Shown one piece after another: positions 39,001 to 51,000 of a DNA stretch of 64,000 nt. Source of the DNA: Ascidiella aspersa (lineage: Eukaryota). Position 1 is the stretch's first letter. Every line of letters begins with the position of its first letter. The stretch spans positions 7,068,001 to 7,132,000 of the forward strand of contig OZ004610.1 of assembly GCA_963924565.1 (NCBI GenBank), read 5' to 3'. The notes beneath the pieces are model-generated. The model had not been told where the DNA came from. It saw only the letters and a program-made list of their open reading frames with translations, and ran no database searches. The position numbers and the translations under genes are program-made.

Positions 39001-42000
39001 TTAATGTATGATGTCGATCTACTTGAACTATTAGGCTTTGCAATTCATTATCAAGCTAATTACAGATCCGTGCATAGTGTACCCAAATATGAAATTGCAG
39101 TTTTTATATTTTTGTTTTGCTTTTTGCTGTGCAGCAAGCTAAAAATGTCCCACTTCAGTAGGCGACGGTTATAGACATTGTTATCATCACTGTTTTCAAA
39201 CCTGCTAAAAACATAAATTGAATGTATGTGGGTAATTTTAAAATAAATATGAAAATATGTAGTTGGTGACTTATTTAAAAGCTGTGAAAACACCAATTCC
39301 GCATCTTCAAACACAATTGTTATTTTTTTTATTTAAAATGACGTCACCCGTTTCGTTTTTCGCACTCGTAAACTTGTAGCGCCGCGGCGGCGACGGGTCG
39401 AGAGTTTTCGAAAGCCCCGACTAGAAGGACGTTCGTTCAGCTGTGACGTCACGGTTCGACTAAGCCCCTGGGACGGGGTAATCCTGTGCGCCCTCAAAGG
39501 GGGTGCGTGACTCATCAAAACTCGGTTAGATGTGCGTCTTTGTATCCCAGCGTTTAGTGGTTTAAGGTGAATTATGTGAGCTAGGAAAATGCTGATTTAT
39601 CTCGGTAAGCTTTTACAAAGTCACTGTACTTTTGATAATGACGAATTGCAAAGCCAAAAAGGTCAAGTAGATCGACTTGTCGTTTAAGTGCTTACAGATC
39701 CGTGTCAAACGCCGTTTCGCGGCGTCTGTAAATGAAACATTCTTGCGTCACATCTACATTCAAAAAACGTGTAATTTAAATGCGGGTCTTAGTGTTTCCG
39801 AAAAACTTGGAAATAAAATTATTTGTCGCATAGCAGGAGCACCAGAATACTAGAACCAAGCTAGAAATTCAGGTCAGAGTTGTCAGACACTTAAAAGATC
39901 ATAATATTTATATATTTTATATTAGTATCAACCGCCAGGGGTTCCTAAACTTTTTAAGCAGTATTGTTCATAGCCGCAAAAGTTCGTGGACACCCTTCCT
40001 TAACAACAAAAACGGCCCTTTTGCTGCTACAAAGCGCCACGTGCCGCGTTGGACGGCGCAAAAATTCTCGTGTAAAAACACGACTCTTCGTTTAGCGGAC
40101 GTGTAAGGCGCGACCTGGGCACGTGCGTGTCTGATCGGCCTTCTAAACGTCAGACCCTAATGCGTCGCGATCCGTCCTAATCCCTGTTAATAGCGGCCTC
40201 TTCTGCCAGATTACACTGCCACCGATATTGCCACCCTTGTTTTTTGTGGTGTTGTGACGCGGAAGGGCACACGCGTCATAAGGACGACGCGGAAAAAAAT
40301 AGGAGGACCGCGAGATTGGCGATCTTGTTCTGGTTAGCGCAGAGGAACAGGGCTGTGCTGCAGTTTTACGACTTGGGTAGAAAACGCGCCGCTTTTTGAT
40401 CGCACATGTTGGTGTAAGTTTACGACACAGGCACTTTTGGTAAGGCGGTGTTAGTTTAAAAGCCTAAAATGCAAAAGACCATCATTTTTCAGATTTATGC
40501 AGCGTGACATGTGCTTTTGTTAATTGTTTAGTTCTTTCTTTTCTGTAGAATTTTGCGAATGGTGTATTTTGTACATTGGAGAAAATATTAAAAAGGAGAC
40601 CAAAAGATATATTACCACAAAAGATACGACTTTTAGGACGATGCTTTAGTGTTTATCCTAATGCTTTTATTAAGCTTTTTGGTCACACCAACATTTTGCG
40701 ACTTTCAAACAGCAGATAATGAAGGTTTTTCGTGAGCGATATGGCGAATTTTCACAGTCGTTTCACCGAAATAAATTAACTGGAGAAGCAGCTGTGTGCA
40801 AACTTGCTTCCGCTTTTAAACGAACAACGTTATAGACCGCCTCCTTTTACGCAAACGAATTCGACGCAACTACGTATCGCGCGGTCCGCCACTCATGACA
40901 CTTATCTGACGCAATTTATTCATATTTAATGCGGACGTGCTCAGCTTTGCAATTCCTCAGAAACTGAAAAAAATGTACCACATTTTTTTAAGAAAATTAT
41001 TTAGTGCATCAAACGTGTCTTTTTTTACTGTGTTTTAGGAAATACTTTTTTTTACTGTTGTTTTAGGAAATACTTATTTATATCGACATTTAAAGGTAAT
41101 TTTTGCCTTCGGCTAATTTGTTTTACTTTAAATGCTTCCAGGCCTGCTGGATGGCGGACCGATATAGATTCCATTTCGCAGCCGTTTATTGCTTTTAGCG
41201 GATAAGAATCTGTCTCACTGCGAGTGGTTCACTCATTTTGGTGCAATTTCCTTGTCTGAGATGCAGTTTTAATGGCATTTTCGAGTTCCCTATCTCCCCG
41301 ATGCAAATGATGCAATTGCGTTTTGCAAGGATGCAAATAGCAGCGCTCTTTTCATAACGCCTCAGACGCGCCCTATGCGCCTATAGGCTGTGTGAAACCT
41401 ATAGGCAGAATGTTCGTGAAGATCGTGTCTCCTTTTGATCAGTTTGGGTAGATGTCTGCAGTAGTTCACATGTTTGGATTTCTTAAATTAGTTCTGAGCA
41501 AAATTGCTCCAAAATTTGAGAAAACTCTTGAGTGAAATACAAAGGTTTGGCTGATATCAATTAAACTCGTATATTTTTTTATTTATGCTATTGCGGTCGA
41601 CTTGTGTTTCGCGAAATAACTATTTAATTTTAGTGATATCCCGACTTTTTTTGTTGTTGTACCATTCGAAGGTCCACAACCTTTAAATATCCAAACAAAA
41701 AGATCCAATAAAGCGTAAGACATTTCAGCCAATTGAAATAACACCAAACAAAATTGAGCACTTTAGTTCACACCCTATTATTTGTGTCCTGTTAAAAATC
41801 CACAAATTTGCCGTGTCCCCATATATGTTCACAACCCTTTATGCGTGTCCCGGTAAAAATCCACAAATGTTATCGCGTCCCCATATGTGGTCAAACTTGC
41901 CCCACCCATATCCAAACTTTTACAACTGTCGCTTGATATTTCTAAATGCCCGTAACTCTGTCAAAAAGAAAGCAGAATTGAGGAGCTTATAGCTTGTGTA

Positions 42001-45000
42001 TCCGGCCACCACATTGGCCTGGCCCATTCAGCTGCTTCAAAAAGCGACCGCAGTAGCGCAGTAACCCCGCTCTACACATCCGCGCCTGTTTTCCACTCTT
42101 GAAGTGGCGCGCTGGCAGCTGGCTAAACCCGATCCAACCGTCGATTGGGGGGAGGGGGTCGCCTAAAGGTCCGTCTGTCCCCAATCAGCTCTCGCACTTG
42201 ACTCTGACGTAACTGCGACCTGATGCTGACTGCTGTTTTGTTCATGTCGAGCCACTTGTCGTAAATAGATGGCAGTGCGCGTTACGACGTTACGTGATGT
42301 GTGCATATTCCAGCGGCTAAACCAGGGGTTCTTATCTTAAACGTCGGTCCGTCCCTTGAGGGTACGTGGATTGGTTTTGGGGTTCTATGAATGTCTAAAA
42401 TACATCTTGCTGTCTAATTTAAAAAATAGAATGGCTTTTTCAAGAAAAGTGTTTAATTGAAAATCGCTTTGGCGCCTTTAAATATATTTCGACTTCATTT
42501 TATTTTTTTCCTGTTTGTTGGTCAAAAACAGCTGTTTTTTTAGGTCTGCTTGTTCTATGACATCAATTTATTACGTAATTTTAAAAACTGCATGTCGAGA
42601 GTGCCCCAATGAAGTTGTTATTGCAGCAATTTTTGAAAAAGTTTAATGTCTCCTCTATACGTTTAATTGTCGGATAAAGATAGAATTTTATGACAATATC
42701 ACACCGAGATAATAATTGCACAAAAACATTTTTTTTTACTTTTGTTGCCGTCTTGTACTTTATCGATTACATTTTGTAAGCGAGACGACGCAGATTTACA
42801 AACGTTTCCTAAGCCCTTTTGTCATAAGTGTTGTCGCTCTTCTCATGTCGTCAACCCTAGAAACACTGTTTTAAGTTCACTGCACTTAAGAGACTGGAAA
42901 TCAACGATTACAATGTTTGTCAGTTCATGAAAAAAGGTCTTACTATTTTTGTTTTTTGTGGTAGTTGGGAGTTGGGATGCTCAGCTAAACGTGACTTGAG
43001 ATAGCGGGCGGTTGTAACGCTAATATATAAAACGTCTTTATATATCAACATCTTACTACAAATATAGTAGCTATGCCAGTTCGTTTGTTGTCAATTGCAA
43101 CTATAGTGCTCGGTTGTTTATCGTGCGTTCAGTGCGAATTTTAAACAACCTTTGTCCTTTTCTCTTTTCTACTTTTGCGTGAAATTAGAACGCTCTTATC
43201 AGACATGATTTCCAATACCGTCAGGGCAGTTTTAATTTATATTATAATGTTCGGCGGTGTCGATCAAATTTAAATGAGCACGTCATGCCTCAAATTCAAG
43301 CCTCATCATGGCGAAATTTACATACAATGGGCTTACGGATGTGTGAATGAACTAAAAATACGCCGATTTGCCTTTCCTGGAACAAACCAATTATTACTTC
43401 TGACCGTTGCAGACTTATTTGTTCTTTTGCCAGTTGTTGTGGGTGTCATTCGAGTCAAATGTAATAAGATTTCAGTGAATTGCATTTCAATACTGTATAG
43501 TGGTTAGCTATGCAGACAAAAAATCGCTTTGTGTGTGTCAAATTGTGCTTCGTGAGAGAAAACGGAAATTGTTTGTCTATCGATATAATTTTTTCGGAAA
43601 AGCGAACGAAGATGGCAAAACGCAAAATAAAAAAAAATGCATTGTGGCATTGCAGCCGTTGCTTGAACCACCTCCAACTGAAACGAAAGGCTTAATAAAC
43701 GGTTATAATTTTCATTAAAAACCTCGTAAACCCGAATAACTTGAATATAGTCTTTCACAAGGTTTCCTATTGGCAGTCAGATTTAGTATTGTACCGCATT
43801 TTTACAGCAACGAAAGGTTTAGTACCGAAAATTGAAATTGCATGGGAGAAATATATATGGGAGAATAAATATAATAAAATTATACTTTACCCACCCGACT
43901 GCAAATACTAAACCACACCCTAACCCAAATAATGTTTGCAATGCTATAAACATACTATAAACCCCCAGACTAAAATGTATTTATGCCCACCCGAGTTTGG
44001 GCTTATTCCCAGCGCAGCGTTCAAATAACTATTGAATCAGCGCAAGTTATTTGGGCTAGGGCGGTGCGGGTTAGCGTTTGGGTTCGGTTGGGTTAAGTGT
44101 TATTAATTTTATTCTACCAGTTGGCAATTTCAATTGTGTCGACTGGTTTTGTTACTGTACCGAAAATAATGTGGAATGATTCTAACCGGCGCAAAACGCT
44201 CTAATCACAACTTCTCTCTTAGTTGATCATCACTGTAGGCTGGAGCCGACGTCGACTGTTCGAAGTCTTTTAAAATCGATGATCCCAAAGTCGATTTTGG
44301 CCCGAAATATTTCAACGAATCGATTCGGCGGGCCTGCCGCAATTTCGTCAGTCCTTCCTGTTCTATTTTCTTGCAATTTAAATTTAGCAGGAGTAGCGTC
44401 ATTTGCGGGCGCGATTGCTGGCCACCACCCGGGTCGCCGGTTTGATTTTGGGCCAGCGACTGATCGACGGGACGAGTTTATATTGGGAGAGACCCGAGAA
44501 ACGAAATCGCAGGCCGCAGGTCGTTTTGAGAATTGATGCTGTCAAATCGTGCTTGTTTCTTCGATTTGTTATCACTATTGTTAGGAGCTGCGTCTTAAAA
44601 AACTGATAATGCGTTTTTTTTCTGATTAAGGCGCTCTGATTTTAGCGAGACCTCCACGAGTCTTCAGGCCTGTCGTTTGGTAGTTTTGTTTTAGAGTGAC
44701 CTTGCAGCTTGTTAGAATGGCCGGGTCACGATAGTGTATGTTTACACACTGTTGTTTTAAACTTGATTTGTTTTTTTAAGTTTGTCTTACATTTAAACAC
44801 CACTGCCGAAAACCACTTTAAGTTTCGGGCAAATTGAAACAGATTAGTCCTAAACAAGAATATCGAAGTCAGCTACTTAAATAAGAGTGACGTTAAATTT
44901 GTGATTGCTTTTGACAAGAGTGTAAGTTTGTCTTCAGATAGGGAGAACTACTTTTAAAGTTGCGGAATTTCGCTAACCATTTCTTTTTTGAAGACAAAAT

Positions 45001-48000
45001 CAATCACAGCTTTTCTTGTCTACCTCGTTCTTCGTCGTTACGCAAAAAAGCGCTTAAATTTCTGCGCAAATCTGACAGGCACTTTGACCTTAACTGCCGC
45101 TCGACAGACCTGCTTACACAGGCTGCTCCAAAGCGAATAAAAATAAAAAAAAAAGGTTTAGGCAGATTTGGAAGCGGTCAAAGGGGGTTGGGAAAAAAGC
45201 CCAATTAAAACTTGGTAGGTAAATGTTTTAAAGATACTGGATTGCTAAAAAAAACTACCTCACTTTTACTTGGCGAGGGAGCAATCTGTTTTTAAAGCAT
45301 CCAGTCATGGACTAGTTTTAGCGGGTCCATATGAAGGCTTAATTGAAAAATATTCATATATAATTACAACAGTGGTATGAATTTTTCAAAAAAAAGTGTG
45401 GTTCAATTGAAATCAGCTTTGGTGCCATCTTCCTAGTAAATTTACTTTGACTTTATTCAAGCTTTACATTTGATATAGCAAGCAAGCAGGTTTCTTCTTC
45501 TGCTTTATAACGTCAGTTGATGGCATCCTCTCTAAACATTGCATGCCGACATTATTTCAGGCGGACAAAAAATATTTTTAGGGGGTGAGCGTTAAAAATG
45601 AACCCCCACTGTACTTACACTGTCGTGGTTGAAAAAGTACTCCAAACCTATACACGGGGGTGTAAAAATAGTTATAAAAGCTAGTTCCATGAAAATGCCG
45701 CAAACAACCACCCAGGGATCTTGTTTACGCCAGAGCATGGGCGGGCGCGCATTAGTCGACGCCGAGTTTTCAATCATAAGCTGTCAGGCCCGGGGACACT
45801 TCGTGACGCGGCCCGGCCCCCTCCCCTCTGTCACAGTTATCTCAGTCCCCAAGCGCTTCCGACCAAAGCCACAAGAGACGCCTTACCCACTTTACCCGCT
45901 CGCTTGCAAGTCACGTCTCTCCAGATAACTGTCACTCGGCTTTTTCCTGCGCACGTGACCTCACTCGCAAATCGCCTGGCTGACTGTGTCGATCTGACGG
46001 GCGAGCTACTGTGTGCTGTTTTCGGCTGGGGCGTTGGCCTAATCGCTTAGGGCGCGCGCCAACTACGATCAATAGACGTTTTGAGAAATGCAAGGGCAGC
46101 GTGCCGCCATGTCTAGAACCTATGGATTATACCAGTGTTTTTATCGCACTGAAATTTGGACTGCCGTTTGATTTGGTTTGGGTCGCCGATTGCAGTAGTT
46201 CACACGGTTGGATTTGTTGGGATTAGCTCTGAGCGAAATTTCTCAAAGAAAAAAAGAACAACGTAAAAGCAATACGAAGACATGTGAATCGTAGTAGTGA
46301 AAAAACGTATTTCGGGGCTCAGCAGAAATTTTACAGATAATGGGTGGCAGCTAGCTCTAGAATTAGTAAAAAAAATGCTTAAATGAAAACACTTTATTTT
46401 AATCCAAGTTATTTGTTCTATAAGGATTTAAGTTAAGTCGAGTCATTTGTGTAAAAAATTAACTCAAGTCAAGTAATTTTGCGCAAAAGACGTAAATCAA
46501 GTCAAGTCATTTGAAAAAAGTCACATTTACTTGGTCATTACAACACTACTGACAGAAATCGTACATGCGCGTCAATCCGTCCAGTTTCAGTTGTACTTTG
46601 CCATATCCAACTGGCGAGACCGACAAATCTCGCGCGGTCTGCCAGCATATGAATAGGGGCGTTTGTTCTAGGTTTGTCCACTGCAGCGCATTCAGCCATC
46701 TGTACTATGAATGCGGTCGACTCTCTGGACAAAGTCGTTTATCTGTAAGGTCGTCTTTACAATAGCGACTTAGGTTTTAAACAAGTGTGTTGCCATACGC
46801 CAGCTTTAGTGTGATTGTTCGAAATGGACAGTCAATCACATAAAAAGGTTTAACAATTAAACCCACAAAGCCTTGAGTCCTTTAAAGTAAAAAATTGAAA
46901 TGGTCGATTCCTGCTGTAAAGTTCTATAGAAACTCGTGTAGTAAAAAACAGGCAATCCATTACGTGGCTGTGTAGACCAGAGACTACAGGATAGGGAAAT
47001 ATGTGAAAGTCAATGTCGGGAAAGGTGCAATTCGAAATAACTTTCTGTGGTAAATAAAATGACAGAAGCTTTTTGTACATCGCCCAAGCGTTACAAAATA
47101 ATGCCGCTTTTGAGCTGGTTTTATCCCAATTCGTGCGCGTGTTCGCCGCCCTGCTCTGGTTAAGTAGCAAGTAGCGTCGGGCGTTGCACCGGCAGGCGCG
47201 GATATTCCCCGGTTATAAGTGTATTGATCGCACCGTTCTCTGGCCCGCCAACCCGTCATTTGCACCTTCAATTTCGCCCGCGCCAACTTCAGCCTTGTCA
47301 CTGCAATCTCCTCTAAGAGCCCGCCGGCTACGCGCGCCGCTCTCTTGGCTAAGCGGTTTAGCCTGGGCCCAGCCCAGTTCAGTCCTCGCCGAGGCTGCGT
47401 GCGGGCGCGCTCGCGCACATACACACACGCGCGCGAGCTTCGTGGGTGTGCCGCCGCGCTCGGGCCGTTTCCGCAGCGCCCGCCGCTGTTTACAAGCGGG
47501 GCTGTGTGTGCGGAACACACTCCTTGCGAGACCGACTCGAAAAAGCCGAGGCGGCGACTGGAGAGCAGTTCGCCCGTCGCCGCTTTTCAGCCTGCTAGCA
47601 GTCGACTAGTCGGCAGTTACTATTAGCCTTTGACGAGTTTTCGCCTTGTTTTATTTGTCAGCCAGGTATCTATTTTCAGCGTTCGGTTTTGTACAGTTTT
47701 AAAGTTCAGTTTGGGATCTCTGGATGTTGCACCTCGCTTTACAGTCAGCTGAGTTTTCTTGGCGTTGCCATCACGTTTTTTTTCCTACTGCGTTTTCTTT
47801 CCTGGATTTACTGCGGTTTTGATTACAAGTTAGCTCAGACTGGGAAACGAAGATTTGGCGCAGCCATGTCAGTTAAATTTACTCTCGGATTAGGTTGCTT
47901 GAATTTTAGTTGTTTGCTGATATATTGTTAAAGCAAAGCAAATCAAAATCGTAGCCAGGTTCAAGCGTCGAACGTACGTCTTATTACAGTTGTGTTTTAT

Positions 48001-51000
48001 CATAGTGAGCAACCGACGCAGTGTCATTTCGATGTTAAACGCTTTTTTTAAAACACCAATGCTTCTCCAGCTCGCCGTTTTAAAAAATCGCGTTTCCTAG
48101 TGTCGTGCGGCTTTCCATGGCAGTTTAGGCGGAACTGGGGTTTTGCCGGGATTTGCGCTTCGAATCCCCGCGGTTTGACGATCGATCGAGTCGATGTCGC
48201 GGCCGTTTTTGGCGGCGAGTCAAGTGCGCGCACAGGATGGAGGAATCGAGTGGACAGGTGTGTCGAGTGCTCGGCGCGCTAAGAGCGTGCGAAAATAATT
48301 CGATTTCAAGTCAAAACAAAGGCCGTCCCCTCGTCGACTCGAACCCGAGAGGCAGCGGCCTCTTGTGACGTCACACTTCGCTAATCCCCCTTCCTCCCCT
48401 CGTTGCAGCCCTCCCTGTGGGAGCATTTTTTGCGCAGGCGCGGGAAATGACAACTTCCGTGTTAGAAGGAAGCTGCTAACCTGGTCCTAGCTTTGTTTTT
48501 AGATCGGTCACACGCGCCCGGCGTCTATTGTAAAACTTAAACTCCCATTGGCGACATAATTTTATACCGACCGTGTTACATTCTCCGCGTTTTAAAATTA
48601 TTTTTTCGCCATAAAATAAACAGCATCTCGTTAGTATACTAACATCATATTTTTTTCTTGTAGTTGCACATTAACGGAACGCTTTAGTATTCGTGTTCAA
48701 GGTCATGCGCGTGATTTAAAAGGTATCTTTCGCGAAAAATCAAGTTTTGCAGTACAACTAATTTTGGTCTTACTCTAAAAAAGTATCATTTTTTTGCGGG
48801 CTTTGCGTTAAAAAATCAGCGCGAAAAAAACATCGCATTTTTAGCCCTTCCAGTCCACTTTAACCCCAACTGCACAACAAACCACCCTTTTTTTCTGCTC
48901 AAAATCCCCATAGATTGCCGACTGCTTCCCAGTCAACTGTACCAAAACAAAGTCGGGCCACCGGGGTCGTTCCAATATCTCGCGACGCGTCTTTAAAAAA
49001 CAAACGCGACCGCGCGGCCTCAGCAGCGCTAAGGGAAACAAAAGCGCGCGCGCCAAACGCCGATCTTCTGTCGCAACCACTTTAAAATTTTGCCGACGCC
49101 TTGGCTCCGGGAAATTCTAGGTCGTGGGGCGCGAATTGAAACCCGAAGCCTGGCTGCCTTGCGATTTTCCGGCCGTTTTCAGACGCCCTTGTCGCCGTTT
49201 AAGTGACTGGGCGAGGGTTTAGTTTAATGGACAACCCGATTGCCTGCGATTTTCGCAGGATAGATGCGTGTTAAGAGGTTTTATCTTGTTGGATGATTAA
49301 AACTGCTGTTTAGCAAAATGACGCTTAAAAATGTGAAGCTAATGTAGCGGTATTTTTGAAGCACATTCTTTAAATTGCCAACTCGTGTTGTTTGATGCAC
49401 ATATCGCCCAATGTAAAGTTACAAAAACCCTTAAAAGTGCAGCATCTCATTTCCTATTTTATGTCATCCGTTAAATCGAAATCGCGAAACCGTCTTCCAG
49501 CAACAACTAACTTGATCAGCCTTCGGTTAACCACGCTCTGATAAACGCTGAAGCATACAGTTGTAATGCTTTTGGTGTCGTCGTTATGCTTGTTGTTTAG
49601 TTTTGCGAAAAGTTTAGGATTTTTTGCTGCGACGTTTTTTGCAAATCACGTTACCACTTTCGGGAGCCGTTGAGAAAGGTCAAAAACAACATCTGGCCGT
49701 CGCACGACTCCTGTCAAATTCCGCCGCCTATCGATCCTTAAGGCGCCGCCGTGTTGCAAAAACCACGAACATGCCGGGCCAGTTGTTTAGTTCGCGTGGC
49801 CCTATACTTCAAAAGAGCCGAATACACGCGACGTAAATGCAAAAATGTTAGCACGCGTGTTTATTTTTGCGCTCAGTTGTTTCCTTTATTTGTTTGTTTG
49901 AAGTCCCATGTGTGTTTTCGCTTTCGAAATTGTTGCACTCAAGGTACGCTCTTAGAAATCTTCATTCCAATGAAAGAGAGATTGGCGCAGAATGGTTAAA
50001 GTGCAAATCTAAACTAAAATAGTGAAAGGTCAAAATGCTGCGTCCAGTTTGTGTGCAGTCGTTTGTTGGCCAGCATAGCTTAGTAATGTTACAGAAAATG
50101 CATTGCAACTACAAAGCCATTTATTTAGCTAACTTTGTTTAAGCTAGGCTTTCGTGTGAACACAGCCTTTAAAGCACGGACGTAGGGCAGCTACAGCCTA
50201 CTACAAGTTTTTATCAGTGTTTGTGTTATTATACATTAACTTTTTTGTTTACCACACTAACGAACCAAAAGCAGTTAAACTGCTTGCAATTTATGAAACG
50301 GTCTTAAATCGCGGCGAACTCTGACTTTTACCAGAAAACACCAAACAAATGCCTGAAACGCAAAACTGTTTTCGCGCAGATGATCAGGGCGCCGCCGTAT
50401 CGAGTAACAGCCACACGAAAAGCAGCAGTCAAGCCCCTCTGAACCACCACAGCCAGCAGCAGCAACAGCACCATTACCAGCAACAGCAACAACACCTCCA
50501 TCCCAGGCCAAACCCGGAAAGAATGCGTCTGAACGATCGCGTGGCCAGCGACGAAACGCTCCTGTCGATTCCTGCAAGTCACCAGCACGCCACAAACAAC
50601 AACAACGGCCTAAGTCACCACCACCCGCACCCGCGCCTTCCCCAGCAAAGACTCTACTCCGACGACCGGCAGCTCCTGGCCTCGGCCTACGGCGCCGGCG
50701 CCAGGAACCGTACCCCTGATTCGCCGCCCCTGTCGCCCGGCAAGCGGCTCCAGTCGCCCCACGCGGCCATGGACGGCGACCAGCAGCAAAGGACAATGGT
50801 CCTACCTCACCCCCTGACCTCGCTTGCGAGCGTAGCGGGCCACCCACTCACCCACATCAACCCCGCCAACCCCATGTTGCCCTTCATTCACCCAATGATG
50901 TACCCCGCCTTTGATCCCGGCCTTGCTGAAACCCTAGCGAGGCAGCAGGGGCACCTTATCGGCGGCGAGGCCGAAAAACAACAGCAAAATCCGCAGCAAC

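Noticed and set aside
46984-47626. Several overlapping 90-180 aa ORFs
   Set aside because: Arg/Ala-rich products of a stop-poor CpG island, open in many frames with no homology.
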